Shown: piece after piece, positions 12,637 to 23,297 of the stretch
Layout of the letters: each line of letters begins with the position of its first letter
Position numbering within the stretch: position 1 is the first letter of the stretch
DNA from: Promethearchaeati archaeon SRVP18_Atabeyarchaeia-1
GTDB taxonomy: Archaea > Asgardarchaeota > Atabeyarchaeia > Atabeyarchaeales > Atabeyarchaeaceae
NCBI GenBank assembly: GCA_037308085.1
Contig: CP147779.1
Location: 2,720,001 to 2,784,000, forward strand
Length of the DNA: 64,000 nt
Direction: 5' to 3'
Position numbers and translations under genes: made by a program
Notes under the pieces: generated by a model
Told to the model about the DNA's origin: nothing
What the model saw: only the letters and a program-made list of their open reading frames with translations
Databases searched by the model: none

Positions 12637-13008
12637 ACCAAATCACCAGATCAGGTTGTTCGCCAGAAAAAGCATCATGCAGAATCACATTGTAATTGCG
12701 ATTAATTGATTTCAAGAATCAAACAGAGTTGATTAGTCATCTTCCGCACTGCTTAATCAATCGGAATAGTGGGACTAGGCAAGTTTTTAAGTCTTTCTAG
12801 ATACGATGAGTCGCCCTCATGCGTAGCTTCTGGGCGGTCGAACAATGGAGCTGGCGTCTCCGCAGCCGAAGAAAGCTGCCTGACTTGGTGCACAAGAGCT
12901 GATGGATAACCTTAAAAAACGACGACAATCACAATACTCTTCCGAGATGTAAAATGGATATCAAACTACCAATTCGGGGTAGAAAAATGCTTTCGAGGTA
13001 AGTGAAAA

Positions 13009-13704
13009 ATGTCCAAGGTAGAGATGAGTTCCCATTTGCTAAGTAGAGCAGCACTCCTCAGCTATGTGATGGGTGCACTGGTGCTTGTTCTTGACGTCGC
13101 TTTGTTTGCCTGGGTGTTCACCGTTGCGTTGCCATATTCATCAGCGTCGGCGCAATTGAGCCTGGAGACTTTCGTCACGATTCTCTGGGTAGTTCTGATC
13201 CTGCTCCCGATCACCATACTCGTGTCAGCGTTCTTTGGCTACTACAGCAGAAAGGTTGGAGACACGTATAACGCAAGCTCGTTGAAGTTGGCTGGACTAA
13301 TGGCGATTCTTCTTGCAGTCGTCGCGATTCCAGTAGCTGTCGGCATTTATGGATTCGTCGCAATACTACAGGCATTCGCTTCTCCTCCAGGTAGCATCAT
13401 TATGGTCTTCATTCAGCTAATAGTCGGTATAGGGCTAGCTTTAGCTTTTCTTGCGTTGTTCGTCCTCTTGGCTCTCGTGCTACTTGTGGTTCTTGGTCTA
13501 GTCTTCGAGGTTTCACTCTTCACTGGGCTTTCCAGCATGTACGAGGTGACGGGTATAGGTGAGTTCAAGACGGCCAAGTGGCTGGTGCTCGCCGGCATAT
13601 TTGTCCTAATCCCGCTGCCAATAGGGATACTCTTTTACGCAAGAGGTCTAAGCAAGCTGTCCAGAGGAGAGAAGACGGGGAAAGGTTCTGGCAAGTCGAC
13701 ATAG
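13009..13704 (+). CDS. DUF973/DUF996-like membrane protein (paralog 1)
   Basis: About five TM segments; motifs FFGYYS, LKLAG, TG...F.TA.WL and GLSKL shared with the next gene. Confidence 0.7.
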   Translation: MSKVEMSSHLLSRAALLSYVMGALVLVLDVALFAWVFTVALPYSSASAQLSLETFVTILWVVLILLPITILVSAFFGYYSRKVGDTYNASSLKLAGLMAILLAVVAIPVAVGIYGFVAILQAFASPPGSIIMVFIQLIVGIGLALAFLALFVLLALVLLVVLGLVFEVSLFTGLSSMYEVTGIGEFKTAKWLVLAGIFVLIPLPIGILFYARGLSKLSRGEKTGKGSGKST

Positions 13705-13965
13705 GTGATAGTGCGGGAAAGCATCGCTCCGCAAGCAGAACGTCTAGGACCGTAGGGTTGAGGGGTTAACTCAGCGCGCTACGGCTCTGCCTTTTTTTGA
13801 GAGCAACAGTATTTGGACCGTAGTGTGCTACTTCGAGCTTTCCGACTAGGTTGCCGGTGTTTGTCGCCATGAGCAGATTTTTAAGTCGAAATCATTCTAG
13901 ATAGCTCAGCAATCAAAATCGCTTATGGGTTAACGAAGAGAGGGGCCAAAGGAGATAGTGGAAAC

Positions 13966-14778
13966 TTGCCCAGAGGAGAAGTAGATACGACCGTACTGAG
14001 AAGGGCTTCGGCCTTCAGCTATCTGATGGGAGGTTGGCAGCTCCTGTCAGTCTTGGTGCTGCTAGGCATCGTGTTTGTGATGCTTTACCCTATACTATCA
14101 TTAATGACGCCAGGTTTCACTCCAAGCGTTGCTCTGATCTACCAGATTCTCGACTCCATAATTACGTCGATTACGATTGTAGGCGCGATTACTATTCCAA
14201 TCACATTGTTCTTTGGGTATTACTCGTACAAAGCTGGTCAACTGTGCGGGGTGGGCACGCTCAAGTTAGCAGGTTTCTCTAGCATAATCATGGCTCTTGG
14301 CTACCCGATGGTAGTAGCTGGAATCTACCAGTTGATGTCAACCCTTCTTTCTATGATGCCGACCCCACCCCCGAATGCCTACCAAATAATCATGGGCTCA
14401 GTTGGACTGCTCGCGCTGGGTGCATTGATCGTAGGCGGGTTCTACTTGATATTCTTCTTCTCATTCATAATTGCGGCATCAGCGATGAAGAACCGAACTG
14501 GGATAAATGATTTCGGCACGGCGATGTGGCTGTCAATTGTGGGGCTATTCATTCCTTTCATCTTCCCCATAGGACTTCTCTTGTTCGGCTCTGGCCTCAG
14601 CAAGCTTGCGAGGCAAGGGGAACCAACGCCAACCGGAGCGGCCGCACCAGCGGCACCAGTGGCACCTGCCAAGGCGCCTGTAAGGCGCGAGACGATGTAC
14701 TGCCCATACTGCGGTGCGAGGGTGGACCCTGACGCGATTTTCTGCCAATCTTGTGGCTCTAGCCTCAGAAAAGAATAG
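13966..14778 (+). CDS. DUF973/DUF996-like membrane protein with C-terminal zinc ribbon (paralog 2)
   Basis: Same TM motifs, Ala/Pro linker, CPYCG...FCQSCG zinc ribbon. Confidence 0.75.
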   Translation: MPRGEVDTTVLRRASAFSYLMGGWQLLSVLVLLGIVFVMLYPILSLMTPGFTPSVALIYQILDSIITSITIVGAITIPITLFFGYYSYKAGQLCGVGTLKLAGFSSIIMALGYPMVVAGIYQLMSTLLSMMPTPPPNAYQIIMGSVGLLALGALIVGGFYLIFFFSFIIAASAMKNRTGINDFGTAMWLSIVGLFIPFIFPIGLLLFGSGLSKLARQGEPTPTGAAAPAAPVAPAKAPVRRETMYCPYCGARVDPDAIFCQSCGSSLRKE

Positions 14779-14902
14779 TGAATAAGACCCTAGCCCGGCA
14801 GCTCCCCTCCTCCTCTTTATTCTGTGAAAAGGAGAAAGGCATAACACACAAAGAGTTGAGATCAGAAAAGGTTCGCAGGTTGGGGAAGCGAGTATCTCGC
14901 TT

Positions 14903-15802
14903 CTACACCAGCTGGAATTTCCTTATGTTTTCGTCGGCGATCATCTGAATTCGCTTGATTTCTTCTGCGCCGCCTTCTTTCTGGAAGAGGTGTCTGTATC
15001 TGCCCTGGATCTTAAGGTATTCTTCGACGGGTTTGGCGACACCTATTTTCATAACTGATGCCAACCGCCCGTTCTCCATTTCATATATCGGGTAAAGCCC
15101 CGTCTGCTGCGCAAGCCTAGCGACGGTTATGGTCTGCGCCGGGTCATAGTACCACCCAAGTGGACACGGAACGTGCACCTGAACATATTTCGGTCCAGTA
15201 ATGGATAGAGCCTTCCGGACCTTCTTCTCAATGTCCTTCGGATATGCAACTGACGTCGTGGCAACGTATGGAACACCGTGCGCAACGGCTATCGCGGGAA
15301 GGTCCTTCTTCTCGGTAATGTTGCCGAAACTCGCTGAGCCTGAGGGGGTGGTGGTTGTCCGGGAATCCAGAGGTGTCAGGCTGCTGCGCTGTATCCCCGT
15401 GTTCATGTAGGCCTCATTATCATAGCACACGTATAGCACGTCGTGCTTTCTTTCCAGCATTCCACTAAGCGCGCCCATGCCTATGTCCGCGGTTCCACCG
15501 TCTCCTCCCTGAGCTATTACCTTAGCTTCATCCTTTCTGCCAAGAGCCTTCAAGGCTGCTTCTATCCCAGATGCCACTGCTGCAGCGTTCTCAAACAGAG
15601 AATGAATCCAGGGAATCTCCCAGGAAGACTGCGGGTCACGGGTTGTGAAAACTTCTAAGCATCCTGTGGCATTTGCAACTATCGTATTCGGACCTGCAGC
15701 ATTCAAGACTAATCTTGCGCCAAGTGACTGCCCGCAGCCCATGCAAGCCGTGTGCCCAGGAGCGAGCAAGTTCTTTGCCTCCACTTTTTCGGCTGTCGCC
15801 AT
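14903..15802 (-). CDS. porB: Pyruvate/2-oxoacid:ferredoxin oxidoreductase beta subunit
   Basis: [38 protein letters not shown]. Confidence 0.93.
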   Translation of the reverse strand: MATAEKVEAKNLLAPGHTACMGCGQSLGARLVLNAAGPNTIVANATGCLEVFTTRDPQSSWEIPWIHSLFENAAAVASGIEAALKALGRKDEAKVIAQGGDGGTADIGMGALSGMLERKHDVLYVCYDNEAYMNTGIQRSSLTPLDSRTTTTPSGSASFGNITEKKDLPAIAVAHGVPYVATTSVAYPKDIEKKVRKALSITGPKYVQVHVPCPLGWYYDPAQTITVARLAQQTGLYPIYEMENGRLASVMKIGVAKPVEEYLKIQGRYRHLFQKEGGAEEIKRIQMIADENIRKFQLV

Positions 15803-15807
15803 GATTT

Positions 15808-17040
15808 CTAGTCACCTCCACTGAGCAGTTCCTTGTCGAGGTCGACAAAGCCCAGCTCGACCGGTTGTTTCTCTGCTTGTTCCACAGCTCCAAGTATCGA
15901 GCTTTCCGTGATGTCTCTTCCTCCAAGTCCGATTATGAAGTTGCTTATGTTGCTCGGAGCATTCCTAGACTTCGCATCGAAAATTGACTTTATCTCAGAG
16001 CAGAGAATTCCTCCTTTGCCAAGGGATATAGCCTTCTCGAATATGATGAGGTTCTTCGCTCCCTTGAGCGTCTCGTGAAGCCTCTCCTTAGGGAAGGGTC
16101 TAAACGCTCTGACTTTTACGACGCCGATCTTCCCACCCTTGCTTCTCAGTTTGTCAACTACATCCTTCATGGTTCCCACCATCGACCCCATGCCGACAAG
16201 CAGGGTCTCCGCGTCATCAGCCCGGTACTTATCGATTAACCCGCCATAGTATCTTCCAAACTTCTCTCTGAAGTCGTTGGCCACTCCCTCGATCTTGTCC
16301 TTTGCGAGTTCCATGGTCTGCTGAATCTGGTACCTCATTTCCATGTATCTCTCGGGACCGACCATCGCTCCAATTGTCAGCGGGTTCTTTGTGGTCAAGT
16401 AGTACTTCGGCCTGTACGGTGGGAGAAACGCGTCAACGTCTTTCTGATCTGGAACACTGACTGGCTCGTAAGCATGTGTCAGTACAAAGCCGTCCATGCA
16501 GACCATTACTGGCAGCATTATATCCTTGTCTTCGCCGATCTTGTACGCCTGGATTTGCATGTCGCTTGCCTCCTGGTTGTTCTCTGCGAAGACCTGGATC
16601 CAGCCGCTGTCCCTGGCAGTTACCGCGTCCTGGTGGTCGTTCCATATGTTTATTGGTGCAGATACTGACCTATTGGCACACGTCAGGCTCACAGGTAGTC
16701 TCAGACCCGCTATATTGTACAGGACTTCAAGCATGAGTAGAAATCCCTGAGAGGTTGTGGCGGTGTAGGTTCGAGCACCCGTTGCGCTTGCACCCAGAAC
16801 GACGGAAGCCGCGGAGTGTTCGCTTTCGACGTTAACGAACTCGGTTTTCAGCTCACCATCAGCGACAATTTGCGCCAAGTTCTCGACTATGTGGGTCTGT
16901 GGTGTAATAGGGTAAGCGGAAATCACATTCGGCTTACACAGTTTCACGAACTCGGCCACAGCCTTGGATCCTTCCCACATAAACGTTCTGGAATTACCCT
17001 TCACTTGACTAGATTTTGCCGGGCTTGCCATAATAGACAT
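15808..17040 (-). CDS. porA: Pyruvate/2-oxoacid:ferredoxin oxidoreductase alpha subunit
   Basis: [42 protein letters not shown]. Confidence 0.93.
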   Translation of the reverse strand: MSIMASPAKSSQVKGNSRTFMWEGSKAVAEFVKLCKPNVISAYPITPQTHIVENLAQIVADGELKTEFVNVESEHSAASVVLGASATGARTYTATTSQGFLLMLEVLYNIAGLRLPVSLTCANRSVSAPINIWNDHQDAVTARDSGWIQVFAENNQEASDMQIQAYKIGEDKDIMLPVMVCMDGFVLTHAYEPVSVPDQKDVDAFLPPYRPKYYLTTKNPLTIGAMVGPERYMEMRYQIQQTMELAKDKIEGVANDFREKFGRYYGGLIDKYRADDAETLLVGMGSMVGTMKDVVDKLRSKGGKIGVVKVRAFRPFPKERLHETLKGAKNLIIFEKAISLGKGGILCSEIKSIFDAKSRNAPSNISNFIIGLGGRDITESSILGAVEQAEKQPVELGFVDLDKELLSGGD

Positions 17041-17069
17041 CTCCCGCGGAATCGCGATTCTACTTCATC

Positions 17070-17357
17070 CTACCTTTTTTCCGGCTTCATCTCCAATGCC
17101 TTGACCGGGCATACTACGGCGCATATGCCGCAACCCTTGCAGTAGTCTAGATCAACTTCATACTTGTTCTTCTTGTCGACCTTAATGACTCCCTCTGGGC
17201 AGTAGAGTACGCACAGTGTGCATGCAGTGCACTTGTTCTTATCGCAGACTGGGTACTGTGTTCTCCAGCTGCCTGTCTTGTTAGCTCTGCTACTTCCCGG
17301 TTTCGCAGCAACCGAGACTGGGATCTTCTTCTGAGTCGTCTTGATTTTTGCGCTCAT
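17070..17357 (-). CDS. porD: Pyruvate/2-oxoacid:ferredoxin oxidoreductase delta subunit (2x[4Fe-4S])
   Basis: KTGSWR, CTACTLCVLYCP, YCKGCGICAVVCP. Confidence 0.93.
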   Translation of the reverse strand: MSAKIKTTQKKIPVSVAAKPGSSRANKTGSWRTQYPVCDKNKCTACTLCVLYCPEGVIKVDKKNKYEVDLDYCKGCGICAVVCPVKALEMKPEKR

Positions 17358-17911
17358 TTTTCCGATCGCCTCACAAAATCGTAGGCAGTCTGGGCGGCTT
17401 TGGCATTCTTTTCACCAAGTTCGCCGGGGAACCTCTCCTTTATACATCGTTCTATCGATTCAAGCTTGATCAGGTTGGTAGCCGCCGCAAAGGCACCCAT
17501 TAAGGCGGTGTTGGGAATAGGGCGGCCGATTATCTTCATGGCTATCTCGGTCGCTGGAACAGTTATGACTTTGCCTTTGGTCTGAATACTTAACTCGCTC
17601 GGCTTCTTCTCGGTGTTAATGATCACTAAGCCGTTGTCCTTCAACCCACGAAACACGTCCACCACGGCGATTACCGAGGGATCCTGAACTATAACGTAGT
17701 CTGGGTTAGTTATCTGGCTCCGTGATCGTATCGGTTTGTCATCTATTTTGACGAACGATTCCACAGGAGCACCCATGCGCTCAGAGCCAAAGCTTGGGAA
17801 CGCTTGAGCTACCTTACCATCTACGAAGGCAGCTACGGCGAGAAGCTCGGCTGCGGTGACCACGCCCTGCCCACCGCGACCGTGCAATCGAACTTCTATC
17901 AGCTCTATCAA
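17354..17911 (-). CDS. porC: Pyruvate/2-oxoacid:ferredoxin oxidoreductase gamma subunit (possible CTG start at 17902)
   Basis: EVRLHGRGGQG, FGSERMGAP, PNTALMGAF. Confidence 0.93.
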   Translation of the reverse strand: MIELIEVRLHGRGGQGVVTAAELLAVAAFVDGKVAQAFPSFGSERMGAPVESFVKIDDKPIRSRSQITNPDYVIVQDPSVIAVVDVFRGLKDNGLVIINTEKKPSELSIQTKGKVITVPATEIAMKIIGRPIPNTALMGAFAAATNLIKLESIERCIKERFPGELGEKNAKAAQTAYDFVRRSEK

Positions 17912-18218
17912 CCCCTAAGACAGTAAAAATCCTATACTGCAAGTAATGACACGAATGTAAAGCCAGTAGCTTAACCTTAAGGTTTATCCTTCAATACCAA
18001 AAGAAAAACGTGATATGTCTCTGTAACACACGCAGAAACGCTCTTAAAAAGATGGTTAAGTGTAAACAGATCGTACAATCACCTAAAAACCAGAAACCAG
18101 GTTGGCTAGGCTACGACAAAAGAGAAGGAGGGAGGGCTCTCAGTGGAGAACTGCCGAGGCCTCCAATCCCCCCATATGCATTTCCTGGTTTCGGCTCTCT
18201 TCTTACTAGGTCTGCAGG

Positions 18219-19157
18219 TCAGTTGATCTCTAGTTCCCTCCGACTTAGCACGGAGTATATTACAACCATGGCAATTACCGCGACGACTGCTATCTCCAGC
18301 AGTAAGTCGAGGGATATCCTTGGACCCCCTAGTGCAACTCCAATTGCTCTACCTTCGACAGTCAACGTGTGCAGCGATGCTGCCACAATGTTTACTGCCA
18401 AGTTAAGCGACTCAGCGGTTCTGCCCTTGAAGCCTGTCGGCCAGTCATTCACATTTGACCAGCCTGTGTTGAAGTTCGCGTTCATCCAAGTAGCAGTGTA
18501 TGTTCCTCCATTATCATTGTAGGTGTTCAAGCCAAGTGTGACTGATGCGTCATGGGCGGAGATTGTCTCAAGTGTCCCATCAAAAGAGACAGAGAAAGTG
18601 CTCGCACCATAGCTACCAGTGACGCTATCCACTTGGCTCTCGAAGTTGCTGTGAGCGGTCGATGACTCGCCTGACATAACGTGCGCCCAGCAGCCCACGT
18701 CATCTATGTAGTGTGTCATTGCACCAGCGTACCATGCCGCCAGGGCTAATGAGCCATTGCTTCTTATGATGTTCAGGGCCTTCTGGTATTCCTCGCCTGC
18801 CCGATTGGCAGCTGAAGCATCAACGCATGTTGTGCCGGAGTAGTAGTTATGATGGTGTGTCGTATCGCCATATCCATTATGCCCTTCGAATAATGCGTTG
18901 CCATTGTCAGGGGCCTCAGTTCCATAGATAAAGGCATTCTTGTTTTGAGACAGCCAACCTGACTCGTTGGCCGGTAACAACATAATTGCGTGCTCCGCTA
19001 TCCAATCATGTGAGCCATAGTCTGGGTTGTTAGGGTCGCTGCTGTAACCGCCGTTCGACCAAGCCATTGCGTTATGACCTGAAATCAGTACACCAGAAGC
19101 AATCAGCCCGAATAAGGCGAGGCTGGTGATCTTGAGCCAAGATTCTCGATCCGCCAA
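18219..19157 (-). CDS. Secreted, membrane-anchored zinc-dependent phospholipase C / S1-P1 nuclease family protein
   Basis: Signal peptide ending AMA|W, mature N-terminal Trp, SHDWIA, APD, HYIDD...H, HSNFE Zn ligands, C-terminal TM helix. Confidence 0.85.
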   Translation of the reverse strand: MADRESWLKITSLALFGLIASGVLISGHNAMAWSNGGYSSDPNNPDYGSHDWIAEHAIMLLPANESGWLSQNKNAFIYGTEAPDNGNALFEGHNGYGDTTHHHNYYSGTTCVDASAANRAGEEYQKALNIIRSNGSLALAAWYAGAMTHYIDDVGCWAHVMSGESSTAHSNFESQVDSVTGSYGASTFSVSFDGTLETISAHDASVTLGLNTYNDNGGTYTATWMNANFNTGWSNVNDWPTGFKGRTAESLNLAVNIVAASLHTLTVEGRAIGVALGGPRISLDLLLEIAVVAVIAMVVIYSVLSRRELEIN

Positions 19158-19283
19158 ATAAGATTGGCACCTACCAGATCTGCGGATAACGACCTATAAC
19201 TGCATGAAGATGCCTTGTTGAGAACTATATAAGAGTTCCCAGTCTCTGCTCTTCAGGCCATCGCGGAAAAGACCTGTGTCCTT

Positions 19284-19718
19284 CTAGTCCTCGCCAACCA
19301 CTGATACAGTGAACTCGCGGTACTGCGGTCCGTCAAACTCGAGGAAGAATACGGATTGCCTTTGGCCAATTACAAGCTTCCCATCTTGTAATGGTATGAG
19401 TGTGTGGTTTCCAGCTAATACGCTTCTAAGGTGACTTGGAGCGTTCACGCCCAGTCGCCCGTCGAAATCCAGGTACCTGGCGTGCCGATAGCTTCCTTCA
19501 TCAGGTACAAGGTTCTTGAGAAGGCTCAATATGTCCTTTCGTATGCACTCCGCATCCTCGTTAACCGTTATTCCTGTTGTCGTATGCATTGTGATGACGA
19601 AGACCATGCCGTTGCCGATCTCTGATTCATCCACTGCTTGCTTGACGAGTCCATTGATGTTTACTATGTCTTGGAAGTCGCTCGTCTCGATCCCTATGCG
19701 TTTTGTGTACGTCTTCAA
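19284..19718 (-). CDS. yjbQ: YjbQ (UPF0047) family protein
   Basis: HTTTGITVNE, Y.H, NA.SHL, G..Q....EFDGP..R. Confidence 0.92.
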   Translation of the reverse strand: MKTYTKRIGIETSDFQDIVNINGLVKQAVDESEIGNGMVFVITMHTTTGITVNEDAECIRKDILSLLKNLVPDEGSYRHARYLDFDGRLGVNAPSHLRSVLAGNHTLIPLQDGKLVIGQRQSVFFLEFDGPQYREFTVSVVGED

Positions 19719-19737
19719 CCTCCTACCTCCTCGCTTC

Positions 19738-20658
19738 TTAGCTGATGTTCCCGAGAAGTCTCAATGCGTTCCGACCAAAGATATTTTGCACGACGTCCTC
19801 TTCGTGTAGGACTCTCCTCAGAGCTTTGACCATCTTGTGCATCTCTATCCGCGGGTAGTTTGAGCCGAAGATTATCTTTCTGTGAAGGCTACGCTCGACC
19901 ACGGTTATCGGAATCTGCTTTGTGAAAACGTATTCCACGAATTCATTTGGGGTATCAGCGTAGAGACAAGAAGTGTCTAAGTAGATGTTCGGGTATTTCA
20001 GCGCAAGTGCGACAGAGTCAAGAACCCATGGCCAGCCCATATGAGCTATGACGAGGTTGAGCTTTGGGAAGTCATGGGCTACATCCTCAAGCAATCGCGG
20101 GTGGCTGTACTTCATCATCGCATCTGCCTCCCAGGTCATTCCTGAATGTATGACTGCGGGTATGCCGAGTTTAGAGGCTTTCTCGAAGATGGGGTACGCT
20201 TTCTCTTTGTCATTTGGGTAGAATTCTTGTAGACTTGGATCCAATTTCAAACCCCTCAGACCAAGATCCGAGATGGCCGTCCCGAGACTTTCAGCAGCAT
20301 CTTCGCTAAGGGGGTCGACGCTGGCGAATCCTATGAAGAAATCATTTTCTTTGACAAGGTCAGCGATCTGCTCGTTTGAGAATATCTTGCAGCCACGCGC
20401 TGTGGAGCAGTCTATCGGGAGCAGGACGCATTTATCTATTCCTGCGACCTTCATCTGCCTCTTGAAGGTTTCAATCGGCTGCAAAGTATTCTGAAGATTG
20501 AAAACCTTTCTTATTGCATTCTTCAGCTCCTCGGATTCTTCGACAACCTCTTCTATTAGAACAGGATGCGTGTGGAAGTCAATCATAAGAAGTGCCTCTG
20601 CAAACTCTTTGATATCTAACTGTAGCCGGTCGGCTGTTGGAATATTCAATAAGTCCAC
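19738..20658 (-). CDS. Amidohydrolase_2 family metal-dependent hydrolase
   Basis: IDFHTH, GFASVDP, GLKL, IHSG, IAHMGWPW, YLDTS, FGSNYP. Confidence 0.9.
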   Translation of the reverse strand: MDLLNIPTADRLQLDIKEFAEALLMIDFHTHPVLIEEVVEESEELKNAIRKVFNLQNTLQPIETFKRQMKVAGIDKCVLLPIDCSTARGCKIFSNEQIADLVKENDFFIGFASVDPLSEDAAESLGTAISDLGLRGLKLDPSLQEFYPNDKEKAYPIFEKASKLGIPAVIHSGMTWEADAMMKYSHPRLLEDVAHDFPKLNLVIAHMGWPWVLDSVALALKYPNIYLDTSCLYADTPNEFVEYVFTKQIPITVVERSLHRKIIFGSNYPRIEMHKMVKALRRVLHEEDVVQNIFGRNALRLLGNIS

Positions 20659-20747
20659 ACATAAGATAAGTCTAGTTGTTGGGTTTGCTGAAACAGTCGC
20701 GAAGAGGACCCGTTCTATGGAGTTTTCCCTTTAGTTTCGATCCTTTC

Positions 20748-21257
20748 CTATCTGGGTTTAACCGAGAACTTGCATGCGTCGTCTCCGCTTGCTATGCACT
20801 TGACTTCATGAACAATGTATTTCCGCTTGAATGCTTTCTCGTAGAGTGCCGTGATTATGCCGACTGCAATATAGTCAACCTTTCCCTTGACAGCGTATTC
20901 TTGAGCTATTGCGCTGTTCTTCAGAACAACCTCACCGCCGTCTGCTTCAGGATCCGCAGTGAATACTCCCCACCCCTTAACTGACAATTCCTCAAGGCAT
21001 GAACTTACTAGTTCCTTGCCAGTCGCAGTGGACCCCTCGAGTTCTTTGGAAGCAATGAGACCGCCGATCCTCGTCAGAACTACACCCACCGTGGCTGCGC
21101 TCATGTTTTCAGCTGAATATCTCAGCATCTGAACTACGCTAATGAGATCTTTGACTGCAACCCGTTGCTTGCCGGACATCATTCGTCCATCTTGTGGCAT
21201 TTGAAGCTTCTTTAGGAACTCCTTGAATTTCGCTCTGACCGATTCCTCCATTCTCAC
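20748..21257 (-). CDS. Stand-alone V4R domain protein
   Basis: GWG, KNS, EVKCIASGDDACKF. Confidence 0.85.
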   Translation of the reverse strand: MRMEESVRAKFKEFLKKLQMPQDGRMMSGKQRVAVKDLISVVQMLRYSAENMSAATVGVVLTRIGGLIASKELEGSTATGKELVSSCLEELSVKGWGVFTADPEADGGEVVLKNSAIAQEYAVKGKVDYIAVGIITALYEKAFKRKYIVHEVKCIASGDDACKFSVKPR

Positions 21258-21844
21258 TTCCCCTTCCTTGGATTGAACTTGAATTCACAGCAAGGATTTC
21301 CTTGAGCAACGCAAGAGATCTCATCGGCTTCAAATGGCTGTCCCCAGGCTTCTTCAGCCGCCCCACTGATCATGCCAGCCATGTTGACGTGAACCGCACC
21401 GACTTTTCCCATCGATGGCAGAGTGTCGCCGTAGTCTTCCCATTTTGCCGATCCTGCCAGCGTCCCCACGTCGAGTTTAAGTTCTTTTAACTTTCCCCAG
21501 CCCACGGCGGAGATGAGCCAGAAGTAGAACGCGAAAGCCAAATCCCCTTCCTTTAGCCCGAACATCTTCTTTCCAATTTGAACCATGTGTTTTCCCGGTA
21601 TGATGTGCGCCTCTTTTATGATCCTGTTGGAAACGTGTTCCCCCAAGATGTCGCTGAAGCTTTTCAAGAAGTACGAGACGAACGAGGAATCGACGAAAGC
21701 TATGCGCAGACCAGTTAGGCCATCCACCAACTTGCCGGGAGCTGGATTAACAACTATCGTCTTCAGCATCTCGAAAGACTCGTGAACGGTCTTCATCCCA
21801 ATCTTCTTCGCTAGACGATCAAACAAGTCGGTTGCGTAAACCAC
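21254..21844 (-). CDS. Stand-alone V4R domain protein
   Basis: GWG, AGMISG, EISCVAQGNPCCEF; 4-nt overlap with the downstream V4R gene. Confidence 0.85.
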   Translation of the reverse strand: MVYATDLFDRLAKKIGMKTVHESFEMLKTIVVNPAPGKLVDGLTGLRIAFVDSSFVSYFLKSFSDILGEHVSNRIIKEAHIIPGKHMVQIGKKMFGLKEGDLAFAFYFWLISAVGWGKLKELKLDVGTLAGSAKWEDYGDTLPSMGKVGAVHVNMAGMISGAAEEAWGQPFEADEISCVAQGNPCCEFKFNPRKGK

Positions 21845-22109
21845 TCGAGTTCCGCTCCATCATCTGCGCTCCGATTTCGTCTGGTTCGCTATACGGTAGC
21901 TTGCCGGTCTTTGGCACGAATAGTACCGTCTCACAAGCCCAGACTGGAGGCAGACCTTTCTGTAGCGTTATTTGCCTTCAAGTTGTTAATAAACTCGACG
22001 ATTCGCAGGGGGGCGAAATGTTCGAGCGTATCTTGAATAACGCTTAAATCAGAATCAGCGGGATTATCGTATCACGTCGAATACAGTTTAAGATCGTCTC
22101 GTTTCTAGC

Positions 22110-23297
22110 GTGGTGTCCTCCGTGAAAATCGCTATTGTAACCGACAGCTATGCGCCTTACGTTGATGGCATCGCAAGGTACCTTGACAGGATCGTGCAAG
22201 TGCTCACAGATAGAGGACACAAGGTTCTCATTCTCGGTCCAGGCTTTTCACTGCATAGGAAGTTCGAATACGACAAGCACGGGGTTGGAATAGTACGGAA
22301 CCCCACTCTAAGGATGTTAAGGTTAAATGAATACTACCCTTCGCTTCCGTCGCGAGTTTGTGCAACGATACTCAGGTGGGCTGATGTGATATTCACGCCA
22401 AGCCCAGCTCCATTGGGCATCTACTCCATATTATATGCTAGGAGAAGAAGGAAGCCCATTACTTTCTTCTGCTCGCACGATGAGAGTGTGCTGATAGGAA
22501 AAGGGGTCTGGCTTCCTCTGCCAAAAAGAGTCGTCGATGGGATTGTTCGACGCCTGTATCTAAGGTGCAACGTGATCTTCTTCGCCATCCAGAAATTCAG
22601 AGAGAAGATAACTCGGCTAAGGATACCCGAGGAGCGCTTGGTCTACAATCCATACGGCATAGAGTACGACTTCTTCTCGTCGGCAGACAAGGTAACGGGA
22701 AGGAGAGACCTCGGCATATCTCCAGATGCTAAGGTTGTGCTTTACCTGGCGCGGATGTCAGAAGAGAAGAATGCCCGCACTCTAATCAAGACGATTCCAG
22801 AAGTCTCCAAGCATTTCCACAACTTATACTACGTGTTTGTCGGTCACGGACCGAAGTTTGACGAGTATAGAAAGATGGCGATTGACACCGCAAAAGGGAC
22901 ACGCGCAAAGGTGATTTTCACTGGCCAAGTCAAGTTCGAGGATCTGCCTCAGGCCTATGTTGTAGGAGATGTCTTCGTTCATCCCAGCCTCCAAGAATCG
23001 CAGTCCTTTACCGTCTTGGAAGCCATGTGCACTGGCGTCCCTATCATAACTGGTGTAGAAGTCGGCAGGTATAGCTATCTCAAAGAAGGGTACAACACTC
23101 TTTTCCTCAGGAATGTTCTGGATGACAAGGAGCTTTCAGAGAAGATCATCGAACTCCTCGGCAATGAAAACAAGCGGAGACAGATGGCACGGAACTCCGT
23201 TGCAACGGCCAGACAATTCACTTGGGACGCTCATGTCGACAAACTTGAAGAAGGATTCAAGAGGGCCATCAAGGAAATGGAAAGCAAGCAGGCCTAA
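22110..23297 (+). CDS. Glycosyltransferase family 4
   Basis: KIAIVTDSYAPYVDG, LARMSEEKN, VFVHPS..ESQSFTVLEAM, FTW. Confidence 0.92.
   Translation: MVSSVKIAIVTDSYAPYVDGIARYLDRIVQVLTDRGHKVLILGPGFSLHRKFEYDKHGVGIVRNPTLRMLRLNEYYPSLPSRVCATILRWADVIFTPSPAPLGIYSILYARRRRKPITFFCSHDESVLIGKGVWLPLPKRVVDGIVRRLYLRCNVIFFAIQKFREKITRLRIPEERLVYNPYGIEYDFFSSADKVTGRRDLGISPDAKVVLYLARMSEEKNARTLIKTIPEVSKHFHNLYYVFVGHGPKFDEYRKMAIDTAKGTRAKVIFTGQVKFEDLPQAYVVGDVFVHPSLQESQSFTVLEAMCTGVPIITGVEVGRYSYLKEGYNTLFLRNVLDDKELSEKIIELLGNENKRRQMARNSVATARQFTWDAHVDKLEEGFKRAIKEMESKQA

Noticed and set aside
18141-18221. TGA readthrough or selenocysteine extension of the phospholipase C gene (frame stays open about 25 codons to a second TGA before the pyrimidine tract)
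   Set aside because: The position is a non-catalytic cytoplasmic tail and no SECIS-like element was seen; a chance open frame or a recent nonsense change is simpler.
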